DNA of 64,000 nucleotides, from the NCBI GenBank assembly GCA_043228905.1, contig JBHGNT010000022.1:8742001-8806000 (forward strand). The letters run 5' to 3'. The position numbers and the translations under genes were made by a program. The notes beneath the pieces are model-generated. The model worked only from the letters and a program-made list of their open reading frames with translations. It ran no database searches and was not told where the DNA came from. Source of the DNA: Azolla caroliniana (Eukaryota > Plantae > Polypodiophyta). Positions 38,853 through 50,478 of this stretch are shown one piece after another (the stretch's first letter is position 1; every line of letters starts with the position of its first letter).

Positions 38853-41800
38853 TGTTGGCATAAAAGGCCAACTCCTTCCAAGTTGTATCCGCCTGAGTGT
38901 GAACTCGTTAATAAGTTAGGGCTTAGTATATAAGCAAATACCTAACATTGTAATGAGTGATGAGGAAGAAGACGATTGTAATCTCTGAGAGAGAAAAACG
39001 CATTGTGTAGAAATAAGAAGCTTTCCATTAAAGCTCGTATCTATGTATGTCTATATCTGCCTTCTCTATCTTCTGTGTGTATGTTGTTTGTTGTTCATAG
39101 CCATAAGATCCGAACACACACTTCCGCATAACTATCGACATTAACCAACAAGTGGTATCAGAGTTGTGTTGTGTTGTGCGGCGGCAACAGATAACAGAAG
39201 AAGAAGTTGAAAGAGACCAATCCGGCAACCTCCCACATCAACACCTTCAGTCGGGTGTTGTCAGAGCTCTCGTCCCAAGGGATCAACTTCGTAGAAAAAG
39301 TGAAAGCCCTTGCCCTCCTATCGAGCTTGCCAAAGAGTTGGCAGGTATTTTGTACGACATACGCCAATAGCCGACCGATCCTAAATTTGGACGAAACAAC
39401 TGGCCAAGTCCTCATAGAGGAAATTAGGCGAAAATCGATGGGACTATCCATTGACGAGTCTGTAGAAGCCCACCACTCGACCGAGTCGTTCGACCGAAAG
39501 AACAAGCTGACAGAACCGGTCGACGATATAGTTGATTGAGAACGAGGGGAGACCGACAACGGTCGAAGTCGAAAATGGGCCGAACAAGCGAGTATTGCAC
39601 ACACTGCAGGAAAGCTAGCCACAATGTTTGCGATTGTTGGTCAATAAAAAGAAAAGAGAGTGGTCGGCGATCCGAGCGGAATCGGGGACGTTCCGACTCG
39701 AACCACTCTCCAGTCGGCAACCAGATCAATGTTGCCGACACCCAATCCGGAAATCCTCTCCCTAGAGGATTTGATGATCGGAGAAGTACTCTACATTGCA
39801 CAAGTTGCACACACGTGGCTACTAGACTCTGGTGGCACATTTCATGTGACCCCCAACGTTGAATGGTTCTCGAACTATTCAATCGACGCCAACGGCACAG
39901 TCCGACTGTGAAACGGGCAGGAGTGCAAGATAGCCGGAACCGGAGAGGTTCCCATCAGATTCCCAAATGGCAACACAATAACCCTGCACTGAGTTCGGCA
40001 CGTACCCGATCTAAAGAGGAGTTTGGTCTCCATCGGCATGTTAACCGAAGATGGGTATCGAACGACTCTACACGAGTTGACATGCGTGATCAACAGGGGA
40101 AACCTAAAAATCGAGAGTGGGTACAAGTACAACAATCTGTACCCATTGATGGCAATCAACCCTGAAGGGGCTGTGAACGTAGCCGAAAAGACCGACCCAA
40201 ACCTATGGCATGGCTGACTCATCCATATGTCACAAGCCGGACTTGATCGACTGATGTCGGTCGGCTACATCTCGAAACTCCAGGCAAAGATGGACTTCTG
40301 CGAGCATTGTCGATACAGGAAACAGACCCGAAGTCCACACTCTCTCCACTACGAGACGGTACGACAACCCCTAGAGCTCGTGCACACAGACATATGCGGG
40401 CCCATGCCAGAGCGATCACTAGGAGGCTCCCGGTACTTCATAACATTCGTAGATGACTGTGCACGGAAAGTTTGGGCATACTCCATCAAGTCCAAAGATG
40501 AAGCACTCGAGGTCTTCACTCAATGGATATCTGAAGTGGAGAACCGATCGGGACACAGAGTGAAGACACTCTGATCCGACAACGGAGGTGAGTACACCTC
40601 CAGAGCCTTCAAACAGTACTTGTCTTAAAAAGGGATCCAGCATCAAAAGACCGTTCCTTACACACCCATGCAGAATGGGGTGGCTGAATGGATCAACCGA
40701 TTCATTCAGGTGAGGGTGACGGAAATGTTATAGCAAGCCGGATTGAAGATGGAATTCTGGGCCGAGGCATTGTAGACGGTAGTGTACCTTCATTCAGGTG
40801 AGGGTGACGGAAATGCTATAGCAAGCCGGATTGAAGATGGAATTCTGGGCCGAGGCATTGTAGACGGTAGTGTACCTGATAAATCTAACGTCGTCAAGAG
40901 CAATCAGGCTCGAAGTGCCACAAGCACTATGGTCAGGCAAACAACCGACCTACAATAGGCTCCGTATATTCGGATGCGAAGCCTATGCGTTCATCCCCAG
41001 GGACAAAAGGAAGAAGTTGGCACCCCATGCAACAAAGTGCATATTTCTCGGTTATGGAACCGATGGGGACTTCGGCTACCGACTATGGAACCCTGAGAAC
41101 CAGAAATTGATCCGGAGCAGCGACGTAGTCTTCAATGAAGACTCTATCTTCTCTTAGCAGAACCAACAGAAAACAGTTGGTAAGAAGGTATCCTTCGAAG
41201 ATGACAACACTGTCGTGGAAGGACCGACCAACCAGGCCGAATCGGAGACTCGACAAACAGTCGAACTCCAACAAACTACCAACTTCCCTACCGACACCGA
41301 ATCAGCAATAAGTCCCAACATCGAACTCAAAGACAAAGCCGAATTGACAAGAGTCGACAAAGGCAGAGTCACTAAGAGGCTAGTCAGAACTGAGTCGACG
41401 ACAACCACGGGGGAGAACAACCAGACACTGCCGAAATCCCAAACCGGGGGCAGAATACCAAACAAGACTCCTGACTCAACTGGTTCAACAAATGCCGATC
41501 GTCAAAAAGAATCAATCGAAGAATCCGAACTAGATATTACGGCACCCAGGAGATATGGACGAGCTCGAAGGCAAACGGAGTTTTATCAACCGGGCCTCGA
41601 CTACGTCAACTACACGGATGCAGGCGAGCCAAGCACGTATGACGAAGCTATGGCCGCATCGGACGCCGAAACATGGCTGCGAGCCATGAAATCCGAAATG
41701 GACTCGATTCATCAAAATCAGACATGGGAGTTGGTTGAACTACCAGCAGGAAGAAAGCCACTACCTTGCAAATGGGTGTTCTGATACAAGTATGTATCTG

Positions 41801-43681
41801 ACTCAGAGAAACCCAAGTACAAAGCTCAGCTTGTCACGAAAGGATTCAAACAGTAATACGGGGTCGACTACGACGAGATATTCTCACCAGTAGTCAAGAT
41901 GACCACCCTCCGACTCCTACTAGGAGTCGTGGTGACAGAAGATCTAGAGCTCAAACAGATGGACGTAAAGACGACATTCCTACATGGAGATCTGGAAGAA
42001 GACATATACATGTCTCAACCGGCAGGCTTCACGGCGATGGGGGAGGACAGTCACCTCGTATGCAAACTAAAGAAAAGTCTATATGGCCTCAAAAGAGCGC
42101 TGAGAATGTGGTACCAGAAGTTCGACTCCCACATAAGGCAGCTTGGATGCAACAGATCAAACTCCGACCCATGCATGTATGTTCAACAACTGGCCGACGA
42201 GTCCAAGATCTATCTGATCCTTTATGTCAACAACATGTTGATTGCAGGGAGCAATCAAGCAGAGATCAGAAAGCTCAAGCGGAGCCTTCACGCAAAGTTC
42301 ACGATGAAGGAACTAGGACAAGCCCGACACATATTGGGCATGAGGATAGAGCGAAATCGGACGACCAGGACTCTACGAATCTCCCAATCCGACTACATCC
42401 GCAAGGTGCTAAAGCGCTTCAACATGGAGAACGTGAAGCCAGCACCGACACCGCTTCCGACGTCAATCAGACTATCGGATAGAGACTCTCCTACAACGGA
42501 CAAGGAGAGACAGCTTAATGGAAAGATACCCTACGCATCGGCAGTAGGAAGTATCATGTACGCAATGGTGGCGACCCGACCCGACCTAGCCTATGTCGTA
42601 GGGGTGGTCAGCCGGTACATGTCAAACCCAGGAAAGAAGCATTGGGAGGCCGTCAAGCACATCCTTAGGTATCTGAAAGGAACCACGGTTGCACAACTGA
42701 CATTCGGTTCGACAACATCAACCGAAGTCGAAGGTTACACTGATTCTGACTACGCTGGAAACACAGATAATCGGAAATCGACATCAAGCTACATCTTCAC
42801 CTATGGTGGCGGTGCAATATCATGGAGGTTGAAACTTCAAGAGTGCACGGCTCTCTCCCACAGAAGCCGAGTACATAGTAGCGTCGGAAGCAACGAAGGA
42901 CGCGATCTGGTTGCACCGACTGTCTGCCGATTTCGGAATTGCAAACCAAATAGACCGACCATCTATTGCGACTCACAGAGCGCAATAAACCTCATCAACA
43001 ATCCCGTCTACCACGCGAACATGAAGCACATTGAGGTGCGATATCATCATATGCAGGAGCTCGTGACCGAGAAGAAACTCGAAGTCTGGAAGATCGACAC
43101 CGAGGTGATCATCGCCGATTACCTGATAAAGCCACTCCCAAATCAACACTTTGAAACGCTAAGGACGAAGATGGGGCTATGACAAGCGACCGAGCAGAAG
43201 AAAGCCGAACAAGGAGCAGAAGGTAAGAGCTAACCGACACTCATACTATACCTCTGCCGACTCGGCTACTTGCCGACAGACTTGTAACATAAGATCTAGT
43301 TAAATTTGTAATCTAGGTTTACGGGGGAGATAACCCCAAGCACTTGTACATGCAAGAAAGAGTAGTCCTTTTACGGGGGAGTTTGTTGGCATAAAAGGCC
43401 GACTCCTTCCAAGTTGTATCCATCCGAGTGTGTAGTCATTAATAAGTTAGGGCTTAGTATATAAGTGAATACCTAACATTGTAATGAGTGATGAGGATGA
43501 TGACGATTGTAATCTCTAAGAGAGAAAAACGCATTGTGCAGAAATAAGAAGCTTTCCATTAAAGCTCGTATCTATGTATGTCTATATCTGCCTTCTCTAT
43601 CTTCTGTGTGTATGTTGTTTGTTGTTCATAGCCATAAGATCCGAACACACACTTCCGCATAACTGTCGACATTAACCAACA
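38853..43681 (+). mobile_element. Ty1/Copia element nested in the chromovirus 3' LTR (pseudogenised)
   Basis: 298-bp LTRs at 38853-39150 and 43384-43681. TSD ATTTT. PBS TGGTATCAGAG. PPT GGGGGAG. Contains 5'-truncated gag with CTHCRKASHNVCDC, WLLDSGG protease, integrase and RT/RNase H (41899-43182), with many premature stops. Confidence 0.95.
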
Positions 43682-43992
43682 ATTTTGTACTTACTCTTCA
43701 TATAATATATCATCTGTTATCATCATCTGTCTCTCTCTCTCGTCCTCACTATTTCTCTCTCTCTCTCCTCTTCTCTCTCCCTCTCTCGGGAGTCTTACGC
43801 AGTTCCGTCCTCTTAGTACTAATAGTACTTCCCTTCTCTAGTACTAATTCTCTCTCTGTTTTAGTACTATTCCTGACACTAGATATAAATAAAACTAACA
43901 AAAAAATTTGAATTGATAAGCTTCAAGGTTCAAATCTCGTTAGTGGTGATGAAGTGATAAACATAATCTACATTAACATAGGTGTATGGTGC

Positions 43993-44448
43993 TGTTACGG
44001 GCATGACCATATAATATCCCGTGGTGAGAATTTACCGTAGTATTCTATACACGTGGATAAGTGTGAGGGTTAAACGAGAGTGTAAAGAAGGGGAGAAATA
44101 CTTTTAATCCTCGGGATTGAGACAACCCATTAGGTCAAGTGTGAACTTGCCTGGGGGCCTTGGGTATCTCTATAAATAAGAGGCCTAGCTACCCTCATTG
44201 GATCATCTTTTTTACTACATCGAGACTCTGCTCTTGTGGTGGGTCAACTCTTGTAGCGAGCGCGCCAGCACCAGGTACGACTCGACGCCACGGCGGTGGT
44301 ATGGGACGCCGATCGAGGCTCGAGTCCGTCTCGATCCCTTCGCTCGGGGGTGGTCGGGTGGATCGACACCCTTCTTTCTCTTTCTCCTTTCTATCTATCA
44401 TTAGTTTATCCTTATCTTAATCTTACTTTAGTACCTAGATCTCTAATA
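43993..44448 (+). mobile_element. Solo LTR
   Basis: Starts TGTTA and ends TAATA (decayed TAACA). Flanked by a perfect 5-bp TSD GGTGC. Internal TATAAATA at 44171. Confidence 0.8.
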
Positions 44449-44529
44449 GGTGCATAAAACAAATAGAGACATATAAATTATGTGTCAATCAAGTCTCAAG
44501 GTCAAGTTACTATTTTGATTAATTGTTCC

Positions 44530-47500
44530 CGCCATGTAAGGACGCCATTCTTCAAAGGCGGTGATAATGGCAGAGAGTTCTTTGTCGTAAACTAGGTAGT
44601 TGATCTCGGGGGGTGTGAACTTCCGAGAATAAAATGCAATTGGATGAATTGCACCGATGGCAAAGTAAGAGGCATCTGTTTCGATCGTATGGTTTGGTCT
44701 GATCTGGGTGTAGAAGTATCGGAACTGAGGTAAAAGCTTTCTTTAGTGTCTCGAATGTCAGTTGGGTTGTAAGAGTCCAGAAAAAGGGGAATCCTTCCGA
44801 GGGAGTGGTATAAGTGGTTACGCTAATGTAGAGAATCCTTGAATGAATCGACGATAGAAGTTGGCAAAACCCAAAAACGATTGCACATCCTTGACCCTGG
44901 TGGGGACTTCCCACTCTTGAACCGTTGCGACTTTCTTCTTGTCCATAGTGAGACCATCAGATGAAATGACATACTCGAGGAATTCAACTGAGGTTCGATC
45001 AAACTCACACTTCTCGGGTTTTGCATAAAGTCCATGTTCCCAAAGTTTGGACAGGATAAGTCGGACATGCTTGGTGTGCCCTATGTAGTCTTGTGAGAAG
45101 ATAGTATGTCGTCGAGATAGATGACCACAAATTGGTCCAGATATTCTCGGAAGATATCATTCATCATATGTTTAAAAATGGCAGGAGCGTTTGTCAGACC
45201 AAATGGCATTACCATGTATTCTAAATGCCCATACCTGGTTCGAAATGCCATTTTCCACTCATCTCAAGACTTGATAAGCACCAAGTTGTAGGCACCTCTG
45301 AGATCGATTTTGGAGAATATACTCCCAACCCAAAGTTGGTCGAGGAGTTCGGGGATTAGAGGTAATGGATAGCGGCTTCAAAGAGTGACTCAATTGAGCC
45401 TGCGATAGTCGATACATAAGCGTAACATTCCATCTTTCTTTTTGACAAATAGGATAGGAGAGCCAGGTGGAGATTTTGAGTGGCAAATGAATCCCTTTGC
45501 GAGATTCTCTTCAATGTATATTTTGAGGTCCTTGAGTTCAGGTCCAGATAACCCATAGAGAGGGCCAAAAGGAGTACAAGCACTATCTTTCAAGTCAATT
45601 GGACAATCATATGGGTGATGTTCAGGCAGGAGATCAACATTTTTTTTCTCAAATACATCAGAGAAATCATTGTATTTCAGGCAGTTTCTAGAGTGGACAT
45701 GACCGCCTTGTCCTTGGAATTAGAAATGGATGCAATCAACACTATATCACTTACCCGAGCAAGAGTGGAAACTATTTCTGAGGCTGAAGCAGGAGTAGCT
45801 ATCGATGTTGTTTCTATTGGAGTAATTGTTGGCACGGTTCTCGCTGAAGAGGAAATGGGAGTGACCGCTAATGTGGTTCTCACCAGAGCAGAAATGGAAG
45901 TTGCCTCCAAAACATGAGTGGGAACAACCGTTGACGCAGTCCTCACTGGAGCAGAAACGTGAGTTGCCCCCGAAACATGAGTAGGAGCAACTATCGACAT
46001 GGTCCTCACCGGAGTAGGCGGGCAAACAAATGGTGGAGCATTGGCTAGAAGAAGAGTGGAAGCAATCCCTTATGGGTGAGAATTCGAGGTGAAGTTCAAG
46101 CAAGATAGTCAATCCGCGATAGGATTGTGAGTCTCGAGCCATGATAACCCCAAGATGATAGGATGTCGAGGTGATGTGATGAGGTTAAAAATGATTTCTT
46201 CCTATTGGGCTCCTATGTGGAGACTCAAGGGAATTGTTGTATCTATGGTTGCACCAGAAGAGAGCGTTCAACCGTCGATCACTTCAACTAGAATTGGGAC
46301 AATTATTTTGTTGCTTGGAATGTTGTGTGTCTGTGCAAACATGATGTCAATAAAGCATGAAGTAGCCCCAAAATCCAACAAAGCTTTTGTCTTCAAAGTG
46401 GTGGAGCCAAACTGAAGAGTGATCGGAAGCGTGAAGCTTGTTGTCGAGGAAGTCGGTCGACTCTTGTGGTCTAGATGCACAACCCCTACAGCAATTGGAC
46501 ATTGGAGTTTTCTTGTTGGCAGAAAATGTCAACCCCATCCACACGATGTGGTGACGACACCCCTTTTTTGGGCAAGAGTGGATCAAATGGTCGCGACCGC
46601 CACAATAGAGACATAAATTGTTGGCCCGTCGATGTTGTCATTGTGCGTTCATCAATGGTCGGTAGTGAATTCGATCGATCTCCATTGGGGAGCTAGAATC
46701 TATGGCAGGAGTTGAAGTGAAGTGGAGGATGACATGGGAGTCAGGGTCGTCGACCACGGTGGGTGAGGACGTTCCTCTTGCCGGAACTCAAAGAGACAGT
46801 TATTGCAGTGCACAGCTTGGGAAATAGCCTCATTCAAAGATGTGGGCTCAAGAAAGTTAAGCAAAAGATTTTTTATCTCACCTCGTAATCCTAGACGGAA
46901 TTGATCGAGGTGGGCTTGTTCATCCCATTCGACATCGCACGCGAGCTGATGAAATTCAGATGCATAGATTGATGCCACACGTTCTCCTTGTTGTAACTCA
47001 TAACGTTTGTTGAGTGTGGCTCATCGTTTGTCGGTCTCCCCAAAAGTTGCTTCAAATTCGGTAAGAAATTCTTGGAAGTTGGTCAAGAGAGTGAAGAGGT
47101 CTCCACCAAAGGGGCAAACCAAGCTCAGGCTTGTCCTGTCAGTAATGTGCCTATGAGCTCGACTCATCGAAAGTCATCAGAATAGCATCGGGGCTTAAGG
47201 CGAATAATATGGTGGATCTAGTTGATGAAGCCTCTTAACTGTGACCTCATTCCATCGAATTTATCTGGCAAACTAACATTGGGTTTTGTGGCAGAAGGGT
47301 CAATAATTGGGTGAGGTATGACCATTGTGGCTGCCTGAAGTACTTGGACGGAGTTTCGCAAGTTTGCATTCTCATGTTGGAGTTGTTGCAAGGCCGCCAA
47401 AATTTGGTCAAAGTTACTAGATGATTCTAGCATAATAGGGTATTAAGGAAGGATATCAATCTATCATGGATGAACAATTGGAAGATAGGGAGATGGGGAA

Positions 47501-47818
47501 GTTGATGAGATAGAGAGATGGGGAAGTTGATGACAATGAGTGAGAATATCTATTCCATGACTAGTGTTGATCTCCTTGATGTTAACAAGGGAGATCAACC
47601 CTTTTTATACATGTAGTGATGCATGATAAGCGTGCTCATGCCAAGACTTACATACTATAATATCACACATACTAATTCTTGCATGCCAAGTCTTACATAT
47701 TCAATCTTACATACCAGTCTTTATACAAAGGTTTAAAGTCTAAAGTTTATATAGGATATATATATATATATATATATACAAGGACGTAAGTCTCAAATTC
47801 GAGTCAATGTTAATGACA
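44530..47818 (-). mobile_element. 3'-truncated Ty3/Gypsy element (second Tf1/Tcn1-like family)
   Basis: 5' LTR 47818-47462. gag (LPDKFDG, EFHQLACDVEWDEQA), protease ALLDFGATSCFID, RT ([26 protein letters not shown]) and RNase H start. No integrase or 3' LTR seen. Confidence 0.88.
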
Positions 47819-48899
47819 CATGAACTTACTAAGTATCAAATTGTAATGAAAACGCCCTATTTTCATCACAATTCTATACTTAGTATCGAATTCAAGTTTA
47901 CAGTTTTGAAAAAAAAAAACAAAATAAAATAAAATAAAAACTTTGAACCTGAATTTGATACTAAGAATTGAATTGTGATGAAAACACTTTGAACTTGAGT
48001 ATTGAATTGCACTGCAATCTAAATTCGTTACATTGTATCGAATTGTACTGCAATCTGAATTTGTTACATTGTATCGAATTGTACTGAAACCTCTGTTTTT
48101 AAAATAATTGTGTTGATGGTAATCATTGTATATGACTTTACACTAACAAAAGTTAGATGAGCAAGTGAGTTTTATTCACATGAAGATTAAAGCCTTAACG
48201 TTTTCACCATGGATCGCATGAACCAATTCCTCATTAGTTGGTGAACTTAGGGAGCTTATTGATTTTGATGACGAGCTAGTAGAGGACCCTACCATTGCTA
48301 GCCTATGTGAAGTAGGTACTACTGCACAAATTTTGGAGGAGAGTTCTCAAAAGGAAGAAGAGGAGAGCAATGTGGATACCCTGATAACTATGTGATATGC
48401 TCCAAGGATATATTAATGTTCACTTCTAGGTTTGACAGTTTTGATAGTTCATCAATATTATCTACATTTTTGGAGTTGTGACTTTATGGATGTTGATGAG
48501 AACTAAATTTATAGATGTTGATGACACTTCTGGAACCTCCATCTCCACAAGATGGTGAAACCATTAATCTTAACTTGTGCTTTGAGTTAACCATTGTGAT
48601 TTTCCTTAAGTTGATTACATTTCATATTTCTAGACCATCAACGTTTAAACATTTATCAAAAAACTATTGAATTTTAGAAATTATCATTTTGACATTGATT
48701 AAATCTCAAAAAATCAGCAAAATTTATATGTTATTTACGACATGTGATATTGGTGTATCAACTTTCTGAAAATTGCCTAAAATCGCATATTATAAAAGGA
48801 ATCTAATAATGGAATGCGTGATCCTTCCACTTCTGAATGTGAACGTGTTGGTTGTGGCCTAGCGGTGGATTCAACCGTGCAAATCCCGTACATGGGACA

Positions 48900-48970
48900 T
48901 GGGATATAGTTGAATGGTAAAATATCTCCTTGCCAAGGAGATGACGAGGGTTCGATTCCTCCTATCCACC
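48900..48970 (+). pseudogene. trnG-GCC: Organelle (plastid)-type tRNA-Gly(GCC) pseudogene, probable NUPT
   Basis: GGGATATAGTTGAATGGTAAAATATCTCCTTGCCAAGGAGATGACGAGGGTTCGATTCCTCCTATCCAC closely follows the plastid trnG-GCC pattern. The anticodon stem is intact; the acceptor and T stems carry mismatches. Confidence 0.75.
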
Positions 48971-49544
48971 CATAAAATCACTCAGGAGCATGCTCCGTAC
49001 GTGGAGGAAAGAATGCATCAAAAGTTTAATTGCGAGAATCACTAATTTGTTTTTTTTTTTTTTTGCTCGCTCAGAAAAAAAAAAACCATTCTTTTAATAA
49101 TTATAAAAATGTTTATGTTCAATTTTTGGCCAAATGTTCCCAAAAGCACACATCTGGGCTTAAATATATAGGAAATACACTAATTCATATTTATGATAAT
49201 AGTCTTCCTTCCGTTAAACCAATCATTTCTTGAATTTACAAATATGACCCAAATATATTTCAAATGCCACAATGCCATCTTTAGACATCCAATTCACATA
49301 TTATTTGCTCTAATGAGACCCCTTATCACTAAGCCTAGCTGTTCGTGCCAAATTTCATCAATTTTACCTCGTGACGTGTGAGATTCACAACAATGTCTTG
49401 GATTTCAACGTGTGTGGGGAGATTGAGTAAGACAGCGACGACGTTCATTTTCTCCACATTGTTACAAGAGAAGATGCGTCGTCGACCCTCCAAAGAGAAC
49501 ACAACATAGAGAGCAACTCATAGTAGTAAACTCTTGGTTGTCAT

Positions 49545-50000
49545 GACCTTTTGGTGGGAGATTGTTGTAAATTGAACACATGAAGGAAAAGGTAAGTTGG
49601 TCATGCTAGTTTGGACTCCCAAGCCTAAGTATATTGAAAGTGGGTTGTGTTTGAACTATGTGGATTAGTTGAAAGATTGTAAGTCATCGTATATAAGATC
49701 CAACAATAACTCGATGTAATGTAGGCTATGTAAAGATTGAACACCACTCTCTTAGTTTATGCTAAGCTAATTTGTACACATATAAGTTGTGTTGTAGGTA
49801 CACAAGAGGAAACATGATACATGATACATGATATAAGCCAATATTTGACGAACCCTCCAAAGTAGAGAATTAAAGATGAACCCTCATGAATGGAGGCCAT
49901 TATTTGATGACCCTTATTGATAGATATAGATAGATAGATATTTTTTAGTGTCCATAGAGAGGCTAATATTGACCTATAGGACCTAAGTACAAAAGTTATC
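49545..50000 (+). mobile_element. Copia-type PPT plus 3' LTR remnant
   Basis: GGTGGGAGAT|TGTTG at 49553-49567 is a typical PPT/LTR junction. The right end is uncertain. Confidence 0.4.
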
Positions 50001-50044
50001 ATGATGTGTGTCTCCTCCCTAAGAAGGGATATTCATACTTTGAA

Positions 50045-50227
50045 ACACCAAGTCACGATGTGTGAGTAAGACATACACGTATGAACTCAACTTTCTAGGT
50101 GTCCTCTTTAGTAAGATACTCAATTCATCACCCCCAACACCAAGTCACGATGTGTGAATAAGGCATACATGTATGAGCTCAACTTTCTAGGTGTCCTCTT
50201 TAGTAAGATACTCAAGTCATCACCCCC
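50045..50227. repeat. 92-bp tandem duplication
   Basis: AACACCAAGTCACGATGTGTG...CATCACCCCC is repeated twice. Confidence 0.85.
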
Positions 50228-50404
50228 TCTTAATATATCATCATAGGTTTCACGAATTGCACTATATGCAAAGCATGTAAAAAGCAATTGACATTCATCC
50301 TCTACTAACCCTTCCTTGGATACCTTAGATGTCTTTATGTATTGGGAGGGTGCTTTTATATTTTAGCAATCACCATGTTTTTTTTCCCACTTCCACTTAG
50401 TCTC

Positions 50405-50478
50405 CTAAGGTCCAAGTAGGATTTGAACCCTTAACCTCCCACTCCAAGCACACACTCTTACAAATTGAGTGACAAGTA
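50405..50478 (-). repeat. tRNA-derived SINE-like head
   Basis: Minus strand reads TCACTCAATTTGTAAG...GGGTTCAAATCC (A/B box-like spacing). Confidence 0.4.

Larger units (their letters stand above)
32955..43878 (+). mobile_element. Rearranged Ty3/Gypsy chromovirus (Tf1/Tcn1-like)
   Basis: 5' LTR 32955-33423 (TGTCA...TGACA). 3' LTR 38596-38852 plus 43682-43878, split by a Copia insertion. Perfect TSD CTAGA. PPT AAGGGAGGGATAG at 38583-38595. Integrase C-terminus (EFAYNN) and chromodomain [35 protein letters not shown] at ~38370-38480. Confidence 0.92.

Noticed and set aside
48900-48970. Functional tRNA-Gly gene
   Set aside because: The first two acceptor-stem pairs and one T-stem pair are mismatched, so it is treated as a pseudogene.
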